The notes below the pieces were generated by a model that worked only from the letters and a program-made list of their open reading frames with translations, searched no databases and was not told the origin of the DNA. A program made the position numbers and the translations under genes. From IMG/VR virus record IMGVR_UViG_3300030107_004098: 31,615 nt of DNA; one strand, written 5' to 3'. Shown piece by piece: positions 18,301-27,185 of this stretch (its first letter is position 1; each line of letters starts with the position of its first letter). This DNA is from an uncultured virus (IMG/VR IMGVR_UViG_3300030107_004098). Taxonomy: Duplodnaviria; Heunggongvirae; Uroviricota; Caudoviricetes.

Positions 18301-21300
18301 GTGTTAACTTTATTACAGGAACTAATATTGATAGAATTACTGGCGCACATGTTAGTGATTTGCCCGGTTCTAAGGGTTCGGGCTATACTGGTTCAGATGC
18401 CGTTAACTCACTAGGTTATTCTATATCTAATTCGGTAGAGATGGATGATAACCTATCACCCGAAGTATTTAGAATATACAATAGTGGAACAGATACAACC
18501 GCAGAAAGTATTGCTACGGTTTCTTCAATGTCTGACTATGAAATTATAGACATGGAGAAAATAGATGATGATATGAACAAAGTTACAGTTGCCCCTCTAT
18601 TACCTGTAGTGTTAGGTAGAATAGATTATAACACTTCTACTGATAAAGGAATTACTGCTGCTGCTGGGGCATACACAGAAACCGTGGGCATTTATTTAGT
18701 AAATGTAAATGGTCTACCTCAAGGTGGGTTTATTCATGTATTGAATTCTGAAACAGTTGATGGTAAACCTATTACATTTATGGGAAAATTATTAAATGAT
18801 ACAAATACAAGTTCTGTAGAAACTTACTCCAATTTTATTCAAAGATATGGTCCTAGTATATATCGTTATGTGGATTTGGAAACTGGAAATCCCGGTGAAA
18901 TATACTTTAATGATGAAATAGCAAATAGAGTTACAGGAACTGCTAAAACCGCAGTTGCTGGATTCGTAGGAGTTCCAATATACAAAGATGATAAAGGTAG
19001 AATAATGGCCCATGCAACAGGTCTTAAAATTGGTGGGTATGGTTCTAGTCAATATTATATTGATAATGATTTTGATAATGAAGCATCTTTGTCTTTCTAT
19101 AAGGATGGACCTTTTGAAATGCGTGGGCCTTTACCTATATTGGGTAGTAACTTCTATGATACCACAATAGAACCTGTTGAATTAGCCAGTGGTGAGAGAC
19201 GAGATACAAGTAATACAAGTAACGCATTTGAACGTAGATGGTATGATATTCTTGAGGATATTGATTTTAATAATGATAAAACAGCATTTGAATTATTAGA
19301 CCCTAAAACTCCTAATATGTTCTTATTATGTAGTGGGGATATATTACCTGATAGTAAAAAGAGAGTAACACATATTGGTGGAGTACAAAGAAATCTTACT
19401 GATTATTCAATTATATTTAAAGGAAAGCCTGAAAGAGAAATTGGTCAAACTCATCAAAAATATAGCGGTGCGTTAAAAACTAATATAGTAACTGATGAAA
19501 AATTCGTAGCACGACCTATTAGTAGTGCTAGCACAACGTCGAATAATATTAACAGATTTGGTATTATTAGATTAGTAGAAATGACTATGGACTGGCATTT
19601 TAATCCGGTAGATATAGAGAATATTCGTAAGAATGATTCATACAAAGATTTTACTAGTTCAGGTATTGCATACAACCAATACCCATATATTTTAGATGGT
19701 AAGGATAAAGACACTTTCACAGATAGAGGGCTACATGGTTCTAATCAAGTAACTATGACTGTTGTTAATAGTCAAAGTACGGATTCATATATTACACTTA
19801 ATAATGCTACTAATTTAGCAATACCTAGAGATTATCTTAAACAAACATTTGCTCATGTTCCGCGAGGGCACGACCAAAAAATTAGATTTGTTAAATCTAG
19901 AAGTTTTACTACTAGTGTTACATTTACTAATGGTAGCACTAGTTGTACTGGAGCCGCTAATACTTTAAGAATTGCAGCCGGAATGACTGTAACCGTAGGT
20001 AGTGATAGTCAAACAGTTGCGTCCGTTAGTACTGCTAATATAACAGCATTTACTTTGTCTGGTAATTGGGGTGGAAGTAGTGGAACACAAACTGCTACCT
20101 TTAGTTGGGACTATGCGTATTCGGATTTTACTACAGAAAGTAGTGGAACTTCTAGAGCAGTAAGAGGACTAGTTATAAGAAATAAGCGCACTAATGAATA
20201 TGCTACTATTTCTACTGTCGAAGTAGATGGAACACATGTAATACTTGATTTAGTCGCGGGTCCTAGTGGTGTAGATGGCTACATGATGAGTGAATTTAAA
20301 TTTGATGATGTTTTAGAATTAGCACCTATTCATGTTTATGATTATAGACGTGATGGACACGCAAGACGTGAAATAGGTATGGTTGCTAAATATCAAGGAA
20401 CCACATTAGCCTTAACTACTGAGAATCAATTTTTTAACGGTTTTAACAATTTAAATATGCTAAACCATACTCAAACATTACATAGTGACTTCGAAATACT
20501 ATTCAAATGGTTTAGTAAAAAATTAGAACCTCATTCAGATACATTCAGTAATGATATTAAAAATTTCAATAAGCATTTAATTACAGGTAATTTAATTTCA
20601 CCATATTATTTTAGTGATAAAGCATATGGGGCTGCTTGGAATAATGAAATTTTACCTAACCAAATAGCCCAACCTTTGTTATTATCACTACCCACTAGTT
20701 ATACAGTGATTGGTGATTTTAACTCTACTACTAATACATTTACTAGAACAGGTGGAGATGATATTAGAGGGTTAGGTATTACTAGTGTAGCAATTACTGG
20801 TTCTAGTAACGGTTCAAATAATGCTACTGAAACAATATCAGAAAACGGTCTTGATGCTGATGGAAACCAACTATTGACTTTTAGTACGGGTATTGCTGGA
20901 ACAACCACTGATGATGAAGTTACGTTTACAATAACTAGGGCAGATAATAGTGCAGGTGTAGGGCTTGGTATATCTCCATTTAGAAATATTAACTACGCAC
21001 TACATCGTGGGTCGTCTAGAGTAATTAACGATTTAATTGATACTAACTATAAAATAAATGATATATTTGGAACTACTGCTTCTCCTTCCACAGTTACAAT
21101 TCAAGTAACTGGTCAATTTTATAACAGTGGTGAGAAGTTTACTAGAACTGCTGGGAATAGCCTTGCGGATTTAAAGCCGGGTAGGAAAATAACTATTGCT
21201 GGAACATCTTCGCATAACGGCGATTGGGAAGTATACAGCGTTAGTGGAAATGATGTTGTATTAAAAGATACTTCTAATACTGTGGCTGATGAGGCAAGTG

Positions 21301-24122
21301 GTGATTTTACCATTACATATAGTGCTATAAGTAATTACTTAGGTAGTGAACATAAACTACATACTCCCAGAGAGTTTGCTTTTGATGATAGAATGGGAAC
21401 TAGAAATTCATTTGGTAGTAGTACAAAAACTAGAGAAAACTTAATTGGTGTGGTTACTAAGCAATATCCTATATTTAATTATGATGATGAAATACCTACT
21501 ATGTATGACTTAGAGGCGGGTAACTTTACAATAGCAGATGAGTTCCTAAAAACAGAATTAGAAACTAGAACTTGGGGTGTGGGTGCTAGTGTGTATGGTA
21601 TTACTATTAGTGCAATTGTAGATAAAGAAGACGAAGATTACTTTTCCGTAGAAAATCAAATAATGCGAGGGCTGGCTGAAGGAAAACCCATATATACGGC
21701 TGGTCTAGGTAATGCTGATATTTATGGGGCTACTGACGTATATACACTTATTACAGATAGTGCATCTGTCCCCGTTGCTATATCAGCATTAAAAGATAAT
21801 TTACTACATGGTAGGTCACCTGCTGAATTAGATTACTCAGGCGATACTAACGGAACAGGTAGAGGTGTTTCTATACAAACCGGTTCTGCTGTTTCTCCTG
21901 TATTACCTGCTGTAAGGGCTATACCAACTAGAGTAAATAACGGTATGACTTTCCCAATTGCAGGAGCAGGACTTAATAGAGGTAATCTTAATTGTTGGTG
22001 GTTAGCGACACAATATGGACCCTCTCATCTGGCTGCTTATACTTTTAGATATTATAAACAAGGTTCCACTACTACTATTACAGATAAACTACCCATGAAT
22101 CTTAATACTGGTAACTTACTGGGTTACGCGAGTAATTCTAATGATGTTGGAACAAATAAGGTAAACTCCCTTTATTATGGTAGAACTAACGCTGATAAAA
22201 ATAATAGGATTAAAACACAAGTATCTGGAGCAGAAGTATTCTATAAACCTGTATTAAATACAGATGGTGCCGATATTGTTGANNNNNNNNNNATTGTTGA
22301 TGCGTATGTATATACTAGTGCAGATGGTAAAATGCGAGGAAGAGTAATAATTGATGTATACAATGCTAACGATAGCACTAATTATACCCATAAATTAGAA
22401 CATGCTAATGAAACTGAAATGCATAATAGATGGATTCATTTCTGTCCTAACTTAGCAGGTAATTATCTTGTTAGTGAAGCGGGAACTAATTTTGATACCA
22501 GCGTATCAACCAGTAATAGAAATATACATAATAATATTCCTACTAGTATTCATAAGATAGTTAATCATAGAATAGCCAGAGCAATACAAACATCTTCTAA
22601 CAATGAGTATTACAGACATATTATTGATATTGATAACGTTAGTGGTAGTCATGGTGACGCATTAGCCTTAACTGGTTTTTATCGAGTAATGAGAATTAGC
22701 CAAGATACCTTCTATGACTTTACACCTAATGAAATTAAAGTAAACTGCCTATCTAAGAATTATTCTAAAATTCCATATGTTGATGCTTGCTTTTCTACTA
22801 TTGATAACTTTGGACTACACGATGATGGACCAATAGATGATATTACTGATATGTATAACGAAGGACTTTTATCCATGTTTATGTTCGTAGAAGTAGACGG
22901 TAGAGGTAGTGTAAGTTATACAGATGTAAGAACACCATCACAAATGGTTCATGATACAGGAGCAGATGGTAGATTAAAACCTAACCAAATATACAATATG
23001 TTCTTAACAGATGGACACAACAAACACCTTACAACTATGACTGTAACTAACACTGCTACCAAACCAAAACTACTATTCGGTGAGATGAAAAAGATGAACG
23101 GTGTTGTATCTGTTGGTGAGACATTTACTGTAGATGTATTTAGACCACCATCCTTTAGAACCAATAGGGCCGCAATTGGTGTAAACTTACACGTAGTAGA
23201 TGAGGCTGAACAGGTAATTAATGACTTATTTGAGAGAACAGATATTACCTATACTACAACGACTGACGCTTCTAAATACTTTGAAGCATTCGATGTACAA
23301 GGCTTAGATTCGTTTGCTGCTGCTAACTTAGTTGCTGGACTAAAAGATAGAAGAGTTATAGTTGACGGTAAAGAAGTTAAACTTGTAAAGAATCTAGAAA
23401 CTATAGATTATACAGATATTGTCTTTTCAGAGAATTCAACATATAATAGAGTAGTTAATATAAGTAGAGATAATACGTTATATGACTTCTTTAACGAAAT
23501 TACTGTATATGGTAACGGAGTTAAATCAACAGTAAGAGATAGTCGTAGTATTAAAGAACACGGATTAAAACAATTAGAAGAAGTCGACTTAACAATTATT
23601 ACAAAAGAAGCCGCATACCGTAAAGCAAAAAAATTACTTAAAGTACATAGAGAAGCAAATAACGGTATTAAGTTAACTACACTATATACAGTTTGTCCAT
23701 TCCTAAAACCGGGACAAATTATTACAGTTAGTTACCCTTCTCAGAAGATACCCAGAAACGATTATGTTGTATTGGAAATTGATTACGAGATAGGTAACGG
23801 GTTAATAGAAATTACCGCAGGTGTATATACAAAAAACCTAACTAACCGTATTGCAGAATTGGTTTCAAATAACAAAAAGACGGATGCTGCTCTAAGGGGT
23901 AATAGACAGGAAGCAGATGATTTAGGAACAATGAGTCAAGCATCAGTAAGAGTACGTGGTGTTAAACTTAAAATATCAGATGTGACTAGTTCAGGTGGTA
24001 GTTCAAGTGTATTTGGGTTTGGTAGTACGTATGGTTTTAGTGCAACATTTGGATTTAGTGGAAGTGGGTCTGGAAGCGGACCCGCTACTAAGGTAACTCG
24101 CAGGGAGTATGATTTAATATGA
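15366..24122 (+). CDS. Giant tail tip/baseplate hub-adhesin protein (~2900 aa; spans a 10-N gap)
   Basis: Hub-like segments VVFDGSVE...YEISGRDDLGKL and NEITVYG...SIKEHG...FLKPGQIITV...YVVLEIDY flank ~1900 aa of Thr/Ser/Gly/Asn-rich modules. Confidence 0.75.
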   Translation: MTLHVLDINGGAGSSVDYTASAPTGVGGNASVNPTIVEYNTSGSEFTNHINCFEIHKTRNNHSTSNAGTHITNNITTANFMNRAFPAHPNNHTTFLENVHATPGYRVRSSTTISLTAGYDHFVLLYADDGDLHHFAKITELVTYDTAGDGFEFEPRLKQDIPKGTKFEVYRGPQTTNTNVVAVGYGLRAGTNTDKHNHIVNVSRNTFYFYNDRIDNANNDELAHNTKYEVKKSRYTGSTTVTTNFCFLTTFPNTKFDSSNSVTGRLLDKSRFSHKVKIVDNSLIRDRAQDGTWYNNYAGSATGSYTFNATSWDTCYLNGSRETYTTSSTTATGTKNGPDNYVRYVTSPEQSRRFDTLTSANISKSINVSGNYAEITLMDAEKILDEKIKLNDDMKVRVDVTKQKFGGLYDVFLPGDVYTTSSASELEFRHLTKSQDLTKILSAPGTLRIGDYIYSISSIASKSGDSQIVTVRGKISSGDVSYYTGASSGGGNTTLDAAIHETLSGVKAYRRAWNPSLKNLMVNFPIDTEITSGTYATAVIKKHDATITNSQSDMANIEIEVFDTQFGEGRFTITAADKHNSYAEITDYAETYYQLPADYRFRTPNANFVANIIDLVNSSAQVVNVVFDGSVEVINSKVENGILSYEISGRDDLGKLLSRINNKKYLYSDDFVYSSEPPLGTWINTNFGYVPGSNNADILKPNSQTTTGTFAASTNRFTYVSGTNFSNLEVGMTVTITNAEDSTNNATVTINEISGSTGYLTLSSVSADESNDEITITVDSHPTTIEAKDATASITKGDLIFYKDNSGSGEHRMIFLGVANSDRADVTAITTTGTFNASANTFTYVSGTNFSTLEKFMSVAITNAVDSGNNRTATILNISSDTGVLTLDSVVADETNDEVTLTIVGLPLTFVDKLAVDMNIAENITTGTNFTSRLAAEVDSKSNNILWALRGNFSLGKSLISDPTASSFPSNIRGAMDKGVNFITGTNIDRITGAHVSDLPGSKGSGYTGSDAVNSLGYSISNSVEMDDNLSPEVFRIYNSGTDTTAESIATVSSMSDYEIIDMEKIDDDMNKVTVAPLLPVVLGRIDYNTSTDKGITAAAGAYTETVGIYLVNVNGLPQGGFIHVLNSETVDGKPITFMGKLLNDTNTSSVETYSNFIQRYGPSIYRYVDLETGNPGEIYFNDEIANRVTGTAKTAVAGFVGVPIYKDDKGRIMAHATGLKIGGYGSSQYYIDNDFDNEASLSFYKDGPFEMRGPLPILGSNFYDTTIEPVELASGERRDTSNTSNAFERRWYDILEDIDFNNDKTAFELLDPKTPNMFLLCSGDILPDSKKRVTHIGGVQRNLTDYSIIFKGKPEREIGQTHQKYSGALKTNIVTDEKFVARPISSASTTSNNINRFGIIRLVEMTMDWHFNPVDIENIRKNDSYKDFTSSGIAYNQYPYILDGKDKDTFTDRGLHGSNQVTMTVVNSQSTDSYITLNNATNLAIPRDYLKQTFAHVPRGHDQKIRFVKSRSFTTSVTFTNGSTSCTGAANTLRIAAGMTVTVGSDSQTVASVSTANITAFTLSGNWGGSSGTQTATFSWDYAYSDFTTESSGTSRAVRGLVIRNKRTNEYATISTVEVDGTHVILDLVAGPSGVDGYMMSEFKFDDVLELAPIHVYDYRRDGHARREIGMVAKYQGTTLALTTENQFFNGFNNLNMLNHTQTLHSDFEILFKWFSKKLEPHSDTFSNDIKNFNKHLITGNLISPYYFSDKAYGAAWNNEILPNQIAQPLLLSLPTSYTVIGDFNSTTNTFTRTGGDDIRGLGITSVAITGSSNGSNNATETISENGLDADGNQLLTFSTGIAGTTTDDEVTFTITRADNSAGVGLGISPFRNINYALHRGSSRVINDLIDTNYKINDIFGTTASPSTVTIQVTGQFYNSGEKFTRTAGNSLADLKPGRKITIAGTSSHNGDWEVYSVSGNDVVLKDTSNTVADEASGDFTITYSAISNYLGSEHKLHTPREFAFDDRMGTRNSFGSSTKTRENLIGVVTKQYPIFNYDDEIPTMYDLEAGNFTIADEFLKTELETRTWGVGASVYGITISAIVDKEDEDYFSVENQIMRGLAEGKPIYTAGLGNADIYGATDVYTLITDSASVPVAISALKDNLLHGRSPAELDYSGDTNGTGRGVSIQTGSAVSPVLPAVRAIPTRVNNGMTFPIAGAGLNRGNLNCWWLATQYGPSHLAAYTFRYYKQGSTTTITDKLPMNLNTGNLLGYASNSNDVGTNKVNSLYYGRTNADKNNRIKTQVSGAEVFYKPVLNTDGADIVXXXXIVDAYVYTSADGKMRGRVIIDVYNANDSTNYTHKLEHANETEMHNRWIHFCPNLAGNYLVSEAGTNFDTSVSTSNRNIHNNIPTSIHKIVNHRIARAIQTSSNNEYYRHIIDIDNVSGSHGDALALTGFYRVMRISQDTFYDFTPNEIKVNCLSKNYSKIPYVDACFSTIDNFGLHDDGPIDDITDMYNEGLLSMFMFVEVDGRGSVSYTDVRTPSQMVHDTGADGRLKPNQIYNMFLTDGHNKHLTTMTVTNTATKPKLLFGEMKKMNGVVSVGETFTVDVFRPPSFRTNRAAIGVNLHVVDEAEQVINDLFERTDITYTTTTDASKYFEAFDVQGLDSFAAANLVAGLKDRRVIVDGKEVKLVKNLETIDYTDIVFSENSTYNRVVNISRDNTLYDFFNEITVYGNGVKSTVRDSRSIKEHGLKQLEEVDLTIITKEAAYRKAKKLLKVHREANNGIKLTTLYTVCPFLKPGQIITVSYPSQKIPRNDYVVLEIDYEIGNGLIEITAGVYTKNLTNRIAELVSNNKKTDAALRGNRQEADDLGTMSQASVRVRGVKLKISDVTSSGGSSSVFGFGSTYGFSATFGFSGSGSGSGPATKVTRREYDLI
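17478..18071 (+). repeat. Two diverged ~219-bp direct repeats (17478-17696 and 17853-18071) encoding a 73-aa module
   Basis: TTTGTFAASTNRFTYVSGTNFS...ADESNDEITIT versus TTTGTFNASANTFTYVSGTNFS...ADETNDEVTLT; shared DNA GTTAGTGGTACGAATTTTAG. Confidence 0.9.
22283..22292. other. Assembly gap (10 N)
   Basis: Run of N flanked on both sides by ATTGTTGA. Confidence 0.98.
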
Positions 24123-24487
24123 TAACAGAAAAGGCTATGGAAATGCTTAGGGACTATATACAAACTACATTCTTATTTTATAATGTAGGTCGTGGTGGAG
24201 ACACTACAGGAATTAACGCTACAAGTTTAGATGCACCTATTAATGCTACTAACTTTAATAACAGCACAGGTAGCATAACAACAGATAAGACGGGTCTAAC
24301 GTCTTTGGATTTTACAATAACTTTAAATGGCTCTGACTATGTAGGAGAGATAATAAGAGAGGTAGGTATTTTTGATAGTGCTACATTGGCTTCTGCTAAC
24401 ATGCTCATCAGAGTTCCTTTTAATGCAATTGGACCGCTTACCGCTAGTGATACAATAGAATTAGTTGTAACAGTGGATGTGATTTAA
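24119..24487 (+). CDS. Small tail tip/fibre-attachment protein
   Basis: IREVGIFD...MLIRVPF resembles tail-collar/fibre N-terminal domains; coupled to both neighbours. Confidence 0.55.
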   Translation: MITEKAMEMLRDYIQTTFLFYNVGRGGDTTGINATSLDAPINATNFNNSTGSITTDKTGLTSLDFTITLNGSDYVGEIIREVGIFDSATLASANMLIRVPFNAIGPLTASDTIELVVTVDVI

Positions 24488-25920
24488 TGGTTAACTACGT
24501 AAACAGAATTAGCACTTTAGCACAAGACCCTGCCGCCGGTGCTACTGATGGTTTAATTGATGAAACGGATAAAATACACACAGGTATAGTTAAGGCATTA
24601 GAGGCCAGAAGTCAAGGTAACTATGTAATTAGTATGGGAACATTGGCGCAAACAGACGGTGGTAGTAATACAACCTTTACTATTAATGGTGGAACTACAA
24701 ACTTAGTTTACAAAAGAAACGGAAAGGTAATTACAATTTCTTCAAATAAAACAGTAAACCTGACTAACAAATCTTCATCTGATAGATACGACATGTTAGT
24801 TATTACTGACGATTCTGGAACTTTAGCAATTAGAGCAGGAACATTAAGTGGTACTAGTGCCTTAGTTCCAGAACTAACTTTAGGTGATGTTCCTGTAGCC
24901 CTTATTCAAGTTCTCGCTGCTTCGGATAATGATGTAACTAATAGACATATTCAATTCTTCGGCACAGATAAACGTGAGGATGAAATTACTATCGCTTGGA
25001 ATAATTCGGAAGTGTATACTAAAACTGCTACTATTTCTGCTTCTGCGAATACTGCTACTATTGCAGCAGAATCGGGAGCAGACGTTAAAGTTAAATTAGC
25101 CGGAACTGCGGCAGGTGATACTTTTGAAGTTATTGATTCTGCATCCCAAGTACAATTTAAAGTACAAGGTGATGGTGCAGTTTCTGTACCTAATGGAACC
25201 TTTACTGCTGGTACTGTTACTGCTGGAACAACAGTTGTACAAAGTAGTGACTCTACAACAAACGCAGTTGTTTTACCATTTAAGATTAGTGAAGTAACTT
25301 CAGGAACTCCTGCTGTTGGTTTAGGAGTAGGAATGCAGTATGAGGTAGAAACTTCAGCCGGTAATAATGAAATAGGTGCTATTACAGATGCACAAGTAAC
25401 TAATGTAAGTAGTGGTAGTGAAACTTTTAAATGGAATCTTAGTGTGATGAATGGTGGAAGTTTAGTAACTTATTTAACAGTAGAAAGCGGTATGTTTTCT
25501 CATCCTTCTTCGGCAGCATTTTCTCAACCTTATCTGAATTTACCCGATGATAGTTTACAGTCAGATGCTGATGCTAATAACGCATCATTACAATTTGGTA
25601 GATTTCAATTACCCGATGTTCAAGCGGCATCTGATAATTTTATAAATTTGCCGCCACTTAGCGGCGTATATGATGGGCAGATGATTACTGTTAAAAATAT
25701 TACTACTAATGATTTAATCATTAAAGGGGCTGGTAGCGATACAATTGATTATGGTAGCACCGCTAACGCTATGATAAGTTCTGGAAATACAGTAACTTTA
25801 GGTTCTGCTATGGCTATAACATTTCAATCAGTAAAAGCAATAGCCACAGTAGCATACACAAATGCAATTGCTGCGGGTCCAGAAGTTAGTACATGGATAG
25901 TAGTAAGTCAAACAGCGTGA
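24487..25920 (+). CDS. Putative tail fibre/receptor-binding protein
   Basis: N-terminal DRYDMLV...VPELTLGDVPVALIQV anchor-like domain; C-terminal INLPP...DGQMITVKN...IKGAGSDTID beta domain typical of fibre/baseplate proteins. Confidence 0.6.
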   Translation: MVNYVNRISTLAQDPAAGATDGLIDETDKIHTGIVKALEARSQGNYVISMGTLAQTDGGSNTTFTINGGTTNLVYKRNGKVITISSNKTVNLTNKSSSDRYDMLVITDDSGTLAIRAGTLSGTSALVPELTLGDVPVALIQVLAASDNDVTNRHIQFFGTDKREDEITIAWNNSEVYTKTATISASANTATIAAESGADVKVKLAGTAAGDTFEVIDSASQVQFKVQGDGAVSVPNGTFTAGTVTAGTTVVQSSDSTTNAVVLPFKISEVTSGTPAVGLGVGMQYEVETSAGNNEIGAITDAQVTNVSSGSETFKWNLSVMNGGSLVTYLTVESGMFSHPSSAAFSQPYLNLPDDSLQSDADANNASLQFGRFQLPDVQAASDNFINLPPLSGVYDGQMITVKNITTNDLIIKGAGSDTIDYGSTANAMISSGNTVTLGSAMAITFQSVKAIATVAYTNAIAAGPEVSTWIVVSQTA

Positions 25921-25924
25921 TAAT

Positions 25925-26134
25925 ATGAGTTTAGAAGATGCGTTAAACGGTGACTTAGATGAAAAAGTCAATTGGTTAATTAATTCTCAAGTTGAAACTA
26001 ATAAAGATATAGAGAGTATTAAAGACAATCATCTTTCTCATATAGAAAAAGACATGGCTTTAATTAAATCTCGTATTTGGTGGATGACGGCATTTATTAT
26101 TTCAGTAGTTACAGGGCAGAACGTGATGTTATGA
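25925..26134 (+). CDS. Coiled-coil plus single transmembrane helix protein (XhlA/holin-like)
   Basis: IKDNHLSHIEKDMALIK is followed by hydrophobic IWWMTAFIISVV; lies after the tail genes. Confidence 0.55.
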   Translation: MSLEDALNGDLDEKVNWLINSQVETNKDIESIKDNHLSHIEKDMALIKSRIWWMTAFIISVVTGQNVML

Positions 26135-26913
26135 GTTGGGAAAACACAATAAAAAAAGACACAAGATACCCCAAAGGTAAAAAATTTAAGGAACAACAAG
26201 ATGCCTTAAATTGGAAAGCGAAATTATTAGCACAACGTCAACAAAAAACCAAAGACGAAAAAATAGATAAATGGTTTGATAATTTTAATAGTTGGCAAAG
26301 TAAAAATCCCGATACTAAAGATGTTCATGCAGATGTTATGGAACACATTTTAAATAATGCGCCGAATCGCGGACAGGGAGTACAGGAATATAGTAAAGAA
26401 GAAGTTCATGCTAAAGCAGATGAAGCCTTACAACTTTTAATGGCTAATAAAAGAATGGAGCCAGAAACATATGAAGGTTTTATTACTGAAAGATTATTTT
26501 CGCCTAAATTTAGAGACAGGTGGGTTTCTCTTAGCGACGTGCATGAAACTAGAAGAGAAGTATTTGATGATATGCAAAAACGTCTTAGCAGAAGAACATA
26601 TGATACTCCTTACCCGTGGACTATGGAAGGTAATTTAGAAGAAGGAACTGCTATAGTATATGATGATGAAGGTCCATTAGCAGGTGTTGCTATGATAATG
26701 AACGCACCCCAATACTTTTATATTATTTGGCCTACGAAAGATAAAGATAATATGCCTGACCCTAAAACATTTAATACTAGAAACTTGGGTACAAGCCCCG
26801 AATCACTTAGACAGAAACTTTCCCCTAACCCTTTTGAACCAAATAGAAAATTAGACCCTGAAACTAGTGAAACTGCTATGATGCGTGAATCTGAAAGGGA
26901 AAAATATGAGTAA
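26131..26913 (+). CDS. Hypothetical protein with an MSWxxxIK leader (260 aa)
   Basis: ATG 26131 overlaps the upstream stop (ATGA) and follows GTGAT, so it is preferred over the track start 26077. Begins MSWENTIKK. Confidence 0.7.
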   Translation: MSWENTIKKDTRYPKGKKFKEQQDALNWKAKLLAQRQQKTKDEKIDKWFDNFNSWQSKNPDTKDVHADVMEHILNNAPNRGQGVQEYSKEEVHAKADEALQLLMANKRMEPETYEGFITERLFSPKFRDRWVSLSDVHETRREVFDDMQKRLSRRTYDTPYPWTMEGNLEEGTAIVYDDEGPLAGVAMIMNAPQYFYIIWPTKDKDNMPDPKTFNTRNLGTSPESLRQKLSPNPFEPNRKLDPETSETAMMRESEREKYE

Positions 26914-27157
26914 TTCTCGTAAAATAAGGATTAGAAAGTGGTTTAGGGACCTAAAAGAGACATTATCTTGTGAAATTTGCGGAGAAGACCACCCATCTTG
27001 CTTAGAATTTCATCATTTACGCAAAAAAGATAATATAATTTCAAAAATGGTAGTTTCTGGCTATGCAATTGATTCAATTCAGAAAGAAATGGCTAAATGC
27101 CAAGTAGTATGTGCAAATTGCCATAGAAAAATACATTATGTTAAAGATTCTAACTAA
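26906..27157 (+). CDS. Small HNH endonuclease
   Basis: CEICG...LEFHH...CQVVCANCHRKIH is a Zn-binding HNH signature; probable start is ATG 26906. Confidence 0.85.
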   Translation: MSNSRKIRIRKWFRDLKETLSCEICGEDHPSCLEFHHLRKKDNIISKMVVSGYAIDSIQKEMAKCQVVCANCHRKIHYVKDSN

Positions 27158-27185
27158 ATTAGTTATAAAAAATAGCAATTTTGCG

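Noticed and set aside
977..25297. Numerous short antisense or alternative-frame ORFs in the ORF track (e.g. 977-1201, 1366-1632, 6673-6918, 17894-18280, 25115-25297)
   Set aside because: They lie within long, coupled genes and show no recognisable motifs; they are shadows of biased codon usage.
1818..26130. Track start codons at 1818 and 26077 (likewise 57, 1286, 26885 and 31585)
   Set aside because: RBS position and stop/start overlaps favour 1872, 26131, 1301, 26906 and 31570; the capsid gene starts before the window.
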